Below, in pieces: positions 9,995 to 23,206 of a stretch of DNA of 64,000 bases. The DNA is taken from positions 182,640,312 to 182,704,311 of the forward strand of contig CM097886.1 in the NCBI GenBank assembly GCA_044892525.1, written 5' to 3'. The notes beneath the pieces were generated by a model, which ran no database searches, was not told the origin of the DNA, and was given only the letters and a program-made list of their open reading frames with translations. The stretch comes from Schmidtea polychroa (lineage: Eukaryota). A program made the translations under genes and the position numbers. Every line of letters starts with the position of its first letter. Position 1 is the stretch's first letter.

Positions 9995-12638
9995 TCAACA
10001 GATATTTAAGCAAGCCAAGGATAATTCTCTGATCAACATCTCTCGGAGTTCCTTGACTTCCGCCTGCTTGTCCTTGCAGTCGGCATCTTGCAGCACCTGA
10101 AAGACGAACTGGGATATAAATCGATGCAACTAGCAGCAACGGACCCACCTCAAAAAGCTTGTAAATATCCTCCGAACTGAACAAGCAGCCGTGTTGAATC
10201 AACGGTTTCATTCTCAGCAACAGGTCGAGATTGAAATGCCGAGAAACCAATTGCGACTCGATCAAGTGGATAAACATTCGAGCGGCTTCCTCGAATTTCC
10301 CATCGTTGATAAAAGCTTCAATCTCGACAAATTTAATAATAAATGTCATCTTCTTTCCCATGATTCCGATATTGATGTCTTTGACGCAATCAACAATGCT
10401 GACGATGGAATCCTCGTTTCCGTTTCTTTGAAATAGATCTCTCAGCAATTTGTCCGCAATTCGACTGATGAAATTGAAATCATTTCCCTTGATTGCCCAC
10501 ACTAAACTGTTTCCAATTTGACCACTTTTGAAATTCGATACGGAAATTCGTTTACAAATCAACGCGGCAATTTCATTGAATTTCCTTTTGACACACCAGC
10601 TGTGAATCTGTGATATTTTCCATCATTTTGACCAATCAAAACATTATAATAATTCTAATTGTTTTTGTGATAATATAACTTGAATAATATAAGAAAATAA
10701 AAAGACTAATTTCAACTAAACAAAAAAGTGGAATATTTATTTACTTGACTTATTCATATAAAAGCAGGAACGTTAATCATCACAGCTGCGCATATTTAAT
10801 ACCAAGTATTTTTGATTCAGTAAAAATATCCAATTTAAACGTTATAATTTCATTTTCTATTAATGAAGAATCCATATTTAAATTAATCCACATAAAATGT
10901 AATTAATATAATAATAATAATTTATGAATCGATAAAATAAATATTAAATATTTAAATCGATTAATATAAGATTAAAAATAATCATAAATTCACCATATTA
11001 GCCATTCGATCAGTTCGCAAGCTCATGTGATCGATAATTTGATAAATAAATGCCGGCCCAGATATCGGACAATAGCATAAATATCCCAATCCCATCAATG
11101 TCAAACTCGGATGAGACGCGAATCCCGATGCATATTGAACAATGAAAGATTCCCTTATGCTGCATATTTCTGAATTGATTACATTTTCATCTGAAAATTT
11201 TGAATGAATTCACGGATTTTGTCTTTCAAAAAATACCGAATATTTCCGATTTGACAACCGGCAGAGATGCTTGTGGGAATAAATGTGGATTGATTTTCTC
11301 GATTAGATCAATCAGATGCGCACACAGCCACCAACTATTGCTGTTTTTTGATAGGTTGCACACAAACTCGCTCAAATCGAGATTGAATGTCGAATCGATA
11401 GCGTTGAGTATTTCCTCACTGCATAAATCTCCTGTGAAGCTTTCTTCATTATTGGCAGATATTTTCTTGTAATTTCGTTTAAATTCCTTAAAACAACTCG
11501 AAATCTCTCTGGCATCGATCATTGGCTGGCTGTAGAATAAATATCCAACAATCGCATAAAACCAGCAGCCTTCTGTTAAACTGATCAACGATTCGGTGAA
11601 ATAGATTTCCATGTTTCCGACTAAAATATTCGCGATAATTTTCAATTCCGGATATGATTCCAACAGAAAACTATTCAATAACTCTTCTGTCATTCTATGC
11701 CATCTCGTGTGATTTGTTTCATAATCGATTGATCCTATCAACAGTAAATTCGTAATAAACAATTCAAAGATCCATTTTCATACGTTCTGCATAATTGCTA
11801 TCGAAAATAGGCATCATTGTAACGGTTTCCCTAACAGTACGAAACGCTTGGCTATTCGTGTGAGTATGACATGCTAGCAGATTTAACAATTCCTTTTTTC
11901 TACCATGAATAGCTAGCAAAATAACCGTTTGCCAATATTTTTCATTCGAATCAATTTCGATATCTCCTTTCGTCGTATTATATTCCTCCATTAGAATATT
12001 GTAATTCATGTCAACATCTGGCTGTTGTAAGTTAAGCCAATTCTGCAAATCCTGAATAAAATATCCCCTGCAACTCATCTAACATTTTTAAATAATCGAA
12101 AAAGATTCATATCAATTAAACTTTAATAAAAAATATTTCTGCTAAATGCCAAATCATTTGAAAATCTCGAATGATATTACAATGAGTAGTAAGAAAAATA
12201 TGCTTATCGTCATCTAATGTAACACAACTTTCTAAATGAGCAATCTCTGTTATAATTTGCTCTTCACATTCAACAAGAATAGCTCTATATTCTTTACTTT
12301 TATTTAATACACTAAAACTCATTTAAAAAGAAAAAAAAAGTTAAATGTCAATATTACCTTTCCAAATCGATTTCTAGCATATTTTGAATGCTCTCAAAAA
12401 TATCTAAATAATAATAACTTTAATCGAAAATAAATTAAATATTACGATATGACTGAATAGCTAAGTAACGTAAAATCGGATCTTGCATTGATGAAAACCA
12501 TGCAACAGAAGTTAATAAGCCAGATGCTGATGAAACATCAGAAGTATTTGATTCACTGAATACTAACGCTTCGTTAATTCCTCTCCAAGCTAAACGAATA
12601 TGCTTATCACTGACATGTAGTTTTAATATATCAGTCAT
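9995..12638 (-). CDS. NUP85: Nuclear pore complex protein Nup85, 8 exons: 12638-12446, 12403-12358, 12311-12122, 12078-11784, 11734-11237, 11190-10994, 10607-10149, 10096-9995
   Basis: Colinear similarity to Nup85 as I recall it: SKEYRAILVEC, MIWHLAEIFF, LQNWL, YWQTVILL, WWLCAHLIDL, RESFIVQYASGFASHPSL, GNSLVWAIK, MTFIIKF, LREMLIRELSLA. All introns are GT-AG and the frame is preserved. Confidence 0.92.
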
Positions 12639-13373
12639 AGTTAATTTCAAATATATAGAAATTTAAACAATAAACTTAAGTATATTGAAACAACATTTCA
12701 AGATATTTAAGAAAATTGAATCCAAATTCAAAAAACTTTAAATTAAATAAGCTTAAGTTTATACATACAATAAAATTAGTTATTATCATTTTAATTTATC
12801 AAAATAGAACAGCTATTATTAAATTTGAGATATTATTTTATTTTTTAATTTAATTTTCATTTAATAAAAAGTTTAACTTCATGTTAATGTTAGGCCAAAG
12901 CTAGGTCTGAGACTTTAGGATTATGTTTTCTTTTTACGTAGTGGAACCACATTGACGAAGGCAGGGAACAAGTTGAATAAAAATTAAAAACACAACACGC
13001 AAATGAACACGAATGTATGAAGTAAAAACATTTAAAATAAATAGTAAACACGTAAAAAAATAAAAGTAATAACAAAAGCATCAAGAATAACAAGAAAATA
13101 TATATAGCAACAAGCAAAAGCCAAAAAACAAAACCAATTCGAAAACCCAGTATGGTGATAATGGGGATAATAAAAAATCAGAAATAAAACTTTTAAAGGA
13201 ATGCACAAATTGCCATCTAAATTAAATAAATTAGAAAAGGAAGTATTAAATGTCAAATCAAAATGCAAAATTGTGAAATACGTCATGTCGACATTGAAAA
13301 TGATAAATTAAATTAAATTAAAGAAAGAATAAATAATTAAAAAAGAGCAAAAATCGCTAAAGAAATTAAATAG

Positions 13374-13375
<2 letters not shown>

Positions 13376-13436
<61 letters not shown>
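13376..13436. repeat. (TA)n microsatellite
   Basis: About 30 uninterrupted TA units. Confidence 0.98.
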
Positions 13437-13437
<1 letters not shown>

Positions 13438-14712
13438 CAATTAATTTAATAATTCAAATTTGTTCTGTCACATAAATATGTTGAGGTTATCCAAATAATA
13501 AAAAATTAAATAAATATTGTTAAAGTAAATTAAATGATTGGAAGAAAATAAATAAAATAAGAGGTATGTTGGTCCACAATTCTGGAAAGTAGGAGCAAGT
13601 AGAAGAAATTAGAAAACATTAGAGAAATGGCAAAGAATTGGAAAAATTAAACAATCAAATAATGAAATACGATAAGGTCATTTTAAATTAAAAAGTACAA
13701 ATTGAAAATTAAAATAAAGTCAAGTTGAAATTAAATTGGCATATATTGATAACCTGTTAGAAATAGACAAAATGAATCACCCGGGAAGCCGAGAAATGAC
13801 ATCTTCTATATATGGCATATCTTGCCAGCTTAATAAAACCTTGACAGATAATAAAATAGTAGGAGAGTACCAAAAGAAATGTGCGGAAAAAGATATCTAT
13901 CATGAAGTCAATACCAGTAGGTACCATTAGATTGCAGACTATAAAAAGAAACATGACTTAAATTAAAACACTAGTTCAAAAGTTAAGACATAAGATTTAA
14001 AGAAGAGAAGCGGACAGAATTTGCAGAACAAAATACAAAAAGAGACGCTGTAAAGAGAAGAAAAATAGAGAAAATAAAGTCCACAGAGAAAGAAAGAAGA
14101 AACTCTACTAAAAAATAAACAGAAATCTGAAGAAACAGTGTTATGAAAACAGAGTACAAAATAAAATTAAAGGAACTTATTGAGTGATATAAATATATAT
14201 TAAACCAGTAATAAGTTTGGAGTTACAAGACTTGAGTGAAGCAGAAATCAAATCGATTGTAACTGTAATAGACAAAAAATATTGATAGAAGTTGTCGTTC
14301 CTGTTGATATTTTAAAGCACGCTTGGAGTTCGATTTATAGTTAATAATTTCAACTTTCCCCGAAAATAGTCAACAAATGATGCACACTACAAAAGTAGAA
14401 TCCTAATGTTTATGTTTATATTTTGTACTCATTTAAAGACATCTTACTCATGTCTATTTTTGTTATTCAATAATGCACATACATTTTTATTTCATTTCTA
14501 CCAAAGTTTGAACATCACAAGGAAATAAAATTTAATCATATAAAACCGATTAATCTCTAAATCAAATTCCAAGAATTTCATTAAACCGTTATGACAAGGA
14601 GTTTAAAAAAGAAAAATATTAGGAGATCAGTGAGAAGACATAGATTAAAACCAAGTTGAATTGAACTCTAATAAAGACACTCTATTGGTAGTCCACAAAA
14701 GAGGCACTATAG

Positions 14713-16581
14713 CAGGGGTGCCCATAAGGTCGATCGCGATCTACCGGTAGATCGTGAAGGATTTTTTAGTAGTAACAAAGTGAAAAATTTTCTTAAGCTT
14801 TTTTGTTAAATTAATTTTGTTTAAAAATGCTAAATAAAAAAGCCAAGACTTATCATTATAGCGAAGAAATGGAGAAGGAGTACTTTTTTGTAATTATTAA
14901 AGGTAAATGTTGTTGCTTAATTTGTAAAGCTACTATTTCATTACCAAAAAGAGGGAATTTGTAAAGGCATTTCAAGACAATTCATAAGAATTTTGCAGTT
15001 GATTATCCACTTGACAGTGAACTACGCAAGTCTAAAATCATGGAACTGAAAACATGCATTTCTTTTCAACAGTCATATTTTACGAAGCTAACATCCAAAT
15101 CAAAGTCAGCTACAGCTGCATCTTTCCGAGTAAGCTACATTCTGGCAAAAAATAAGAAATCTTTTAGTGATGGAATAATTGTAAAAGAAGCATTTTTAGA
15201 AGCGGCAGAATCATTATTTTGTGATTTTAAAAATAAATCAGATATAATTTCTGCTATTACTGATATGCAATTGTCCCGTAATACAGTTACACGGAGAGTC
15301 CAAGAAATAAGTACCAATTTAAAAAATCAGTTAATGTTAGACATAGGAAATTGTACCGCATTTTCATTGCAAGCAGACGAATCAACTGATGCGGCTGATA
15401 TTTCGCAGCTTATAATTTTTATTCGAATGGTCTTTAAAGATTTTTCTACGAAGGAAGAATTATTAACAATTATACCACTCAAAAGTAAAACTCGAGGTGA
15501 GGATATATTTCAGAATTTTAAAGCTTATGCCAACAGCATTCAGCTCCAAATTTGTAAGCTTGTATCAATAACAACAGATGGCGCACCAGCTATGACAGGG
15601 CGTCACAACGGATTTATAGCATATTGTAGGAATGATTGTGAATTCCCAGATTTTCTTTCCTACCACTGTATTATTCATCAACAAGCCTTGTGTGCTAAAA
15701 TTCTGAATATGAGAGATATTATGGAAATAACATTCAAAATTGCTAACTCGATTCGTGCAAGAAGTCTTCAGAGACGACTTTTCAAATTACAAATTGAAGA
15801 AAGTAATAGCGAAGGTCCTGCTGAATTACTGATGCATTCAGATGTAAGGTGGCTAAGTAGAGGAAAATTCTTACAAAGATTTAGAGATTTGCTTTCTGAG
15901 ATTAAGTTGTTCCTTGCCGCAAGAGGTGATGAGTTCAAGCAATTGGAAGATGATGTTTGGCTCTTGGATTTGGCATTTTTAGTAGATATTACTGCAATTC
16001 TGAATGAATTAAATCTCGACTTACAAGGTAAGGATAAATTGATATTCGACATGATAAGTTCAATCAATGCATTTATACAAAAGCTTCATTTACTTATTAC
16101 CAAAATAGAAGACAAAAATTTAAGTTATTTTCCAAATATGTTGTCACAATTAAAAGAATCTGAAAATGTCAACTTTAATATTACGAGATATGCGGAACAG
16201 ATCAAAATTTTGGTTTTAGAGTTCGAGAGACGTTTTCAAGACTTCAAGAAACTTGAAATCGTGGCTGCATTTATGTCCTTTCCGTTTAATCCAAAAATAA
16301 AACCAGAAATTGTTGCAGATTCAATTTCAACTTTGTTTAAAATGGATATCCCTATACTTGAAATGGAAATAATCACACTTCAAAATGATATCTTCCTAAG
16401 TTACATTATTTTATAACAAATAGTTATATAGTTTAATTTTCCATATTTTGACATATATTTGTTTTATTGTGATGAATTTATTGCATTGTAGGTAAATATT
16501 ATGTAAGTATTAAAAAAGTAGATCGCATACACATTTTGGATGTGAATGTAGCTCTCCTAGAAAAATTAGTGGGCACCCCTG
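14713..16581 (+). mobile_element. hAT transposon (SPIN/Charlie, GTF2IRD2-like transposase), internally deleted
   Basis: Perfect 12-bp TIRs CAGGGGTGCCCA/TGGGCACCCCTG and perfect 8-bp TSD CACTATAG. Subterminal GATCGCGATCTACCGGTAGATCG motif. Confidence 0.95.
14827..16416 (+). pseudogene. hAT transposase with an internal TAA (14962-14964) and no C-terminal dimerisation domain
   Basis: Motifs KCCCLIC..GNL*RHF, FSLQADESTD, ITTDGAPAM, YHCIIHQQALC and VRWLS. The protein diverges after LQNDIFL, where the hATC domain and third catalytic acid should follow. Confidence 0.9.
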
Positions 16582-17229
16582 CACTATAGCATTAACATTT
16601 TCAGTAGAGAGCTCATCTTTTGCGTGTAGTCCCCCACTTGATATTTTACCAACGTTGCTTAAAATAAAGAGTTGTAAGGCGGATAGAGACATGTTTTTGG
16701 GTTACCATGGAAAAAGTCGGTAGAGTTTCGTTTCTTCATTTATCAACCTAGAATTAAACTGAGGATAAAAGCCCATCAGATAAGCTAAATTGTTAATTTC
16801 ATTTAGAGAATTTTTTAAATAAAGGTTTAAGAAAATCACAGGAAAATATTTCGTTTTTCTAGGATTACTCTCGCCTTTGGGTTCTAATTCAAAAGATTAA
16901 TCGGTTATTAAGGTTATATGGTAATAACTTACATAATAATTTATATTTACAATATTGTACCCATCTCAGTAGAGTATAGTGGTACTGTGTAACCCTCTTT
17001 GTATACAATAATCTGTGTTGCCACGATTGCCAAACCTAATAATCTTATGGGTTCATAATGATAAATAGAAAGTATACTATTATTATTATTACATCTAATG
17101 TGTCCAATATTATGTATCTATGAAATGATTCGAAATATAATAATTATAACAATTCTACTTCTGTCATTATAATTATTTTCATTCAAGCCGAAACCGGGAG
17201 ATGCCTAATTTGATTAGTGATGGATTAAA

Positions 17230-17702
17230 GGTTAAGTTAAGTTAATGGATTAAAGGGACTATTAATTCTTTCTTTCAAAGGAGAAAAAATGAAAAAGGCC
17301 ACGAGGCAAAGCTTGTAAAGAAATACGATTTAGTTGAAGTATAATTAATCAAGCTATTATTTCAACTATATAAGGGAGATCAAATTCAGAAACAATCGGC
17401 ACTTTGTCTCAGGTAGGGACGAAGAAATCTACAGTAGAATTAAAGTCAGAAGATAGAACTAGCCAGAAGGAAAATAAAAGAATTAAGTTTAGTCAAAGAA
17501 GTGATTATTGTTGCAGAACATGCAAAATCAAAGCGGTTACAGCGTGATGAATCGAATAGTCAGAATATTCGGAGTTTTGTAAATTGTAGATTATATGAAT
17601 TCGATTACAAATATACGTTGAGTGTTGCCTAAGTAATTGTTTTACAGAACACGTGGAATCAGAAACACCAAAGTTAATAATTATCTAATTAAAAACTCAA
17701 CA
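17230..17702. mobile_element. Partial, diverged member of the solo-LTR-like family
   Basis: Shares AATCGGCACTTTGTCTCAGGTAGGG, ATATACGTTG..GAACACG.GGA.TCAGA and the ...AATTAAAAACTCAACA end with 55107-56164 and 22269-23002. The 5' end was not located. Confidence 0.55.
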
Positions 17703-18760
17703 ATACTAGCAAATTTCACATTAATCTAATACCATCGATTTATTTTCCGGGATCGAGATCGCGAGTAGTCTTGAGACTCTCTGTTAGGTAGTGCCTTCGA
17801 GAATTTCCAACTTCCGGTTTATGTTGTGGAGCAAATCCTCTTACCAGGAGTAGTTCATCCATGTTTTTGAATGAGGCCATAGTTGGATGTCGCGTTTGAT
17901 ACGTCGTATTTGAAAAAAAGCTTACACTGCGTGCGTGGTCTGAGTCAGCCTGGCATGATTCAATGACGAGTCTCTTTTGAGGACTACCACATTATTGTTT
18001 GATCTTTAGGTGCTCCTCAGGGTGTGGTCATATCACTGTGTTGCATCTATTCTATATCCACAATCGCTTAGTCCGGCCCGCACTTCCTGAAGTTGAAATA
18101 TATAATATATCAATACATCCTTACTCCTTCAAATTCCAACGACATATGTCCCCATCATTTTCGCACTCCACTTTTCTCATTCATCATCGGCTCTGAGGCC
18201 TGTCGTTCTTACTACTACCATACAATTTTTATTCATAAACGCACATCAATTAGATTACACCACATTTTTGTTAAATACATATTCTACCTCGTCAAATTAT
18301 TTATGAGTTTCAATTAGCAACGTTACAATCTCATCGCCTGATCATTCCCTAAAATTATTATCCGGCATTTTATGAAGGTGTAATATATTTTTGACTTAAA
18401 TTTATCACATATTGTCTGAAAAATTGGTATATTTTATTAAAACAGTTACAAATCGCGGCGCTCTATTCGAACTAATTCTAATATATTTTTGTGGACTCAT
18501 TTTTAGGGAAAAGTTTCGCTTGTCCTCTTGAGCTGCCTCGGTTTTTCCTTGACCACGATCATTGCGCTAACATTAACCCTAGTGTATAAAAATTTAAGTT
18601 CATAATTAATTATAGTATTAGAGATTAATAGGCACTACTTCTTTCAAAATCTTCCAAAACGTGTCCTGAAACGGCATTTTTTGGATTCATCCATTACAGC
18701 TAATTATCGAATGTTTAAGTGATGTATATGTTGGCTTATTGAGTTGCTCATAAATTTAAA

Positions 18761-19554
18761 TGTTACTCTGACTCCAAGCGTGTCTTTAACCGATTCACAA
18801 ATAACACTTGACAACAAAAATATTTATTGATAACCACAAATAAACTTTCTCTTTACACTGACAATAAATTCAACACCCTGCTTGGTGGTTATACAATGTT
18901 TATTACAACACTCGGTGAGGAATAGCACTTGCATATAACACCGATTAAAAAGATCACAAATCACTGATTGGTTTATCAACTGGGACTTTGAGCTGGTTGT
19001 TTTCTCTGACCTTCTTCACAAATTTATTCAAATAATCAAGTAACTTATTTTCGTTGAATTTTTCAAACAATTCTGTTCTTCAACTCTTCTCCAATAATTA
19101 TTCATCACAATCGTTTTCTTTACAATTATTTTTCACAAATCGTTTATCCAACGTTGTCTAAATTATCCCAATACTTTTTCCAAAGTTTGTCTCAATTTCG
19201 CGTTACCTTTTGTCTTTGATAGTTCTCTTTATATAGCTTGCTTATATTGTCGCACTCAAGATAATGAAGCGTTTTTCCACTTTCTTTCTCCTGCTTTCCC
19301 GGACTATTCCATTTTTATCTCTGGCGGCTGTCAAGATAGTTTGCCTTTTTTGTTCAATCACCTTCTCCCAGCAATTACGTTATCACTGGCAAGCTGTCGA
19401 TATAAGAATATTGTTTTTTTCCTTTCTCCCGATTTCAAAATTCCTTTACCTTTTGTACTAATTAATAAGTACTGACCTTGGTTTTTCTTGCTTCCTTCCT
19501 CTTTCTTATCTGAGTTTATATAGATCGTCCCGTTTGTCATGACAATCTCCCCCC
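18761..19554 (-). mobile_element. Probable 3' LTR with adjacent polypurine tract
   Basis: On the minus strand GGGGGGAGAT is followed by TGTCATGACA, an internal TATATAAA, an AATAAA, and the end ...GAGTAACA at 18761. No recognisable internal ORF. Confidence 0.5.
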
Positions 19555-20124
19555 GTAATTTTATTTATAAATTGTTATTTAGGTATCCTCAACATATAAA
19601 TCTACTTAATTTTTATTCATGCAAATTTCATTTCCATTCTTAGTATTCTACCTTTCACAGTAAAATTCTTCGTCTTTATTTTCACCTTATCTAGTGGGTT
19701 CTCTATCATTATTCAGTGGTTTGATTTCCCTATTAATTCCAAGTTAACACCTTAATAAAACTCAGGGAAATTCAATTAATATATCAATTTCGAAGACTGA
19801 AGAGATCCATACTCAAATACAACATCAGGAACTTTGGCGGAAATATCACGAAATTCAAAAATATCAGAACGAAATTAATATTTTAATCATTTATGTGTAC
19901 TGGAAAACATTATAAGAAACTACCAATTGTTGAATCTGGATAAAACACACACATTTTGAAGGAACCCGCAACAAATTAAACAGTACAATTCATTGCCATA
20001 CCCAACAAACATTAACATTTTATGATTAATATCAAGAACTTCATTTATAGTTCTTAAAAATATATAAATAAGAAAAAACACTAAAGGCATTTTATTTACA
20101 GATATTAAACTGAAAATTATATCG

Positions 20125-20378
20125 CTATGAAACTTTTTGTTCATATTTTTTGAAGTTATCAAATGCACGTTTTCGATCAAAATAAAGAACCTAAAAGTAA
20201 TAACCAGTCAAAACCAAATAAACCAATTTACCCATTGATGTGTACAATATTTTTCGTATAATTTTCTTTCGTTCAGACATTTCTCATTAACTTCATTATT
20301 ACTATCAAGACAGTACCAAAAATCATCTCGACTTTGCCAACATTTTATTCGTTCTTCTTTAGTTGGTGGATCTCCCAT
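20125..20378 (-). CDS. COA6: Cytochrome c oxidase assembly factor 6, paralogue B (70 aa; exons 20378-20232 and 20190-20125)
   Basis: MGDPPTKEERIKCWQSRDDFWYCLDSNNEVNEKCLNERKLYEKYCTHQW|VLYFDRKRAFDNFKKYEQKVS*. It has CX9C..CX10C spacing, the CWxxRDxxW motif and a 41-nt GT-AG intron. Confidence 0.9.
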
Positions 20379-20898
20379 AAATTATTTAAAATAATGAAAA
20401 TAATGGAATTTTACTTAAATTTAATTAAACTAAAATGATAAACAAATTTGTTTCTTATATATTTGAAAAATTTATCATTTTAAACAATGCGGCGCTAAAT
20501 TAAAAACCAATATAATATTTCATAGCATATATTTATTATGTCATTATTAGATCAATCTACATATTTATATTATTTAATTTGTCGTTTTAATTAAAAACAA
20601 AATATAAGAAATTTAAAGTTCAATAAAAAATATTAAATTACAATTTTTCAAATTATATTTTCTCAACTAATATTTATATTTCAATATCACAATAGCTTTT
20701 CTACACAACAATCATAGTTGCATTATCCGTAATTAATTTTCCTTTCTTGTCTAATTAAATGATTTTTTAGCATTCTTATTTTTCAATTTAATTCATATGA
20801 GAATGCGAATTGTTTAAATAATTTCTTTTTCAAACTATTCAAAGATATTTGATACAATCATTTATAACTTTATATCAATTACATATTAAATAACTTTC

Positions 20899-21149
20899 AT
20901 GCCAAAACCCCTAAACAAATTAGAAAGAAAAACGTGTTGGTTCTATCGTGATAGATATTGGGATTGTCTGGAAAAAAACGAAGATGAGTCAAAATGCAAA
21001 AATGAACGAAACCGATATGAAGAAAGCTGTCCACAAAGATGGGTATGATATGTACATGAAATTTTGCAACTGAATTTGATTATTAGATTGTGTATTTTAA
21101 TGAGAAACGGGTTTTCATTCAAGATCAAATTAAGAATAAAGAAATATAA
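20899..21149 (+). CDS. COA6: Cytochrome c oxidase assembly factor 6, paralogue A (68 aa; exons 20899-21042 and 21087-21149)
   Basis: MPKPLNKLERKTCWFYRDRYWDCLEKNEDESKCKNERNRYEESCPQRW|IVYFNEKRVFIQDQIKNKEI*. It has CX9C-CX10C spacing and a 44-nt GT-AG intron at the same position as paralogue B. Confidence 0.9.
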
Positions 21150-22268
21150 AAATTGTTATTTTTTAAAGCTTAATTACGTTGGTTGTTTATTTAATTTTTA
21201 TATTAATATGATATAGTTAATGATATTTAGAATTTTTTTATTACTTTTTTGTAGGTTTCTCCCTTTAATATGATGTCAGAAAGATATAAATAATATATTT
21301 CAATAGTTATTTTATATTTGATGTATTATTTTGTCAGATTTTTATGTTAAATATTTTGGGCTTTTTGAAGAGAGAAATATTTGTGTTTAATTGTATTTTT
21401 TCGTTTTTATGATGCAACGTAAAAAACAATAATTGTATTTTGATTAAAAGTATCAATCAGTTTATTTTGCCTTCAGCATACTTTGGAGATATTTGGCGTT
21501 AGCAGAAATGTGTTTTGTAGTGGATAGATGGATCACATATACTATGGAGATGCCAATTTTCTTTAGTGGCTTCTTTGAAGACTACGTTGTATCTTAAGAA
21601 AAAAAGGTCATGGAAGTGTTGAGGAGTCAGATATATTTCCTGAAGAACTCAACATACAATGATTCCTATATGGATATAAACAATGTCGTGTAGTTTTAAA
21701 ACTTATTCACACCCTTATGTAGGATTTATTAAATGTGATAAAATATTATTCAGTAAAAAATTTAGCTAACTGTTTATTGCAATTATAAAATAGAAATTTA
21801 AAACAAACTAAAATAAATTCAAGGTGAAGAGCTAAATACAATATACATCAATTAATTGTTCGACCCTTGCATTTAATTGTGATTTGAATCTGTCGTTTTT
21901 TATTATCTACCTTCTGCAATACATAGGCAAAAATTCTGGTTTAGTTGAATGAAATATGGAAAAGACAATGGTATCGAGGGTAAGGATAAGGAAACTGAGA
22001 ATACATCAGAATGGGGAACCGAAAGGCTGTGACTGATACTTGAAAAAAACTATACATATTGTAGATATATGAGAAGCACTAGAATAATTACACACCGGTG
22101 CCAGAGAAAAGTTCCGATTAGAAAAGCACACCCCAATCAACCGTAACCTGAAATTGATCAAATTTAACTTTACTAAAAATTTTGAAACTTAATTTTTAAT
22201 AAATTGCTTTTCCATATTCTTTTCTCCATGTCATCGTGTCTCTTAAACAAGACTAAATAAATACATCT

Positions 22269-23002
22269 TGTGGGGTTGTAAAACTAAAATTATCTTTAAA
22301 GGTCATAATTTCTAAGGGAAATTAAATTGCTTGGAAAACGTAAAAAATTGAATGACCAAGAATGCGACCATGGGAAAAGTCATGGTGATAATGAATTTAT
22401 CAGAATGTTAGAAAAGATCAAATTGCAAGGGAATGGAAGAAACACGAAATCGTTAATTAATTAATTATATAAAATTTGAGTTGGGTAAATAAAAAACCTT
22501 TTATTTGGAAAGAATGATTAATAGAAAGATGTATGGTAGGGTAATTAACGAGAATATGAAAGAAAATTACAGAGTGAGAATTGTCGAACGGAGACAATTT
22601 AGGTTGACGATCAATAATCAAATTGAATCATACCACCATATAAGGTAAGCCGAAAAAAGATACCACAAGAATTTTGCTTCAGGTAGGGACGAAGAACTTG
22701 AGAGTAGGACTTGGGGAGATATATTACATTCATTGGAAGTAAGGTAAACGGGGATTAAGAGAAGTTAACAGATCAATTAGGATCAGATTATTGAAGGTGG
22801 CAAATATATCAAGTGCAAAGAATCCAACAGTAACGGTGGGACTAGTTGGGTAATCACAGTGCATATTATTTCATTCTGTGACAATTCAGGGACGCAATTT
22901 GTGATAAATGCAATTATACGTTGGGAGTGTTGTGTCTTATTTTATAGAACATGAGGAGTAAGAACCACCTACTAGTAACATCTACTCAATTAAAATTCAA
23001 CA
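22269..23002. mobile_element. Solo-LTR-like element, 734 bp
   Basis: TGTGGGG...TTCAACA termini with 4-bp TSD ATCT (22265-22268, 23003-23006). Internal motifs shared with 1443-2501 and 55107-56164 (CGTTAATTAATTAATT, TTTTGCTTCAGGTAGGG). Confidence 0.75.
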
Positions 23003-23206
23003 ATCTTAAACTGGGATATTTAAAATTTTTTAATAATTAAATTTCATAAATTTTTGATAAACTTAAATGTGAAACCTAACAATGAGCAAATAAGAAATGC
23101 AAATAATAATTCAGTTATTATTTCATGCAAATAAATTAATTTTGTTTAAATAATATTGAAATAACAAATTTTGATTTAATAATTTAATTTACAAATTTAT
23201 CAAGAA

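Noticed and set aside
13560-14200. Possible Gypsy integrase zinc-finger remnant (NHPGSRE..KKCAE)
   Set aside because: Similarity is too weak and fragmented to call without a profile search.
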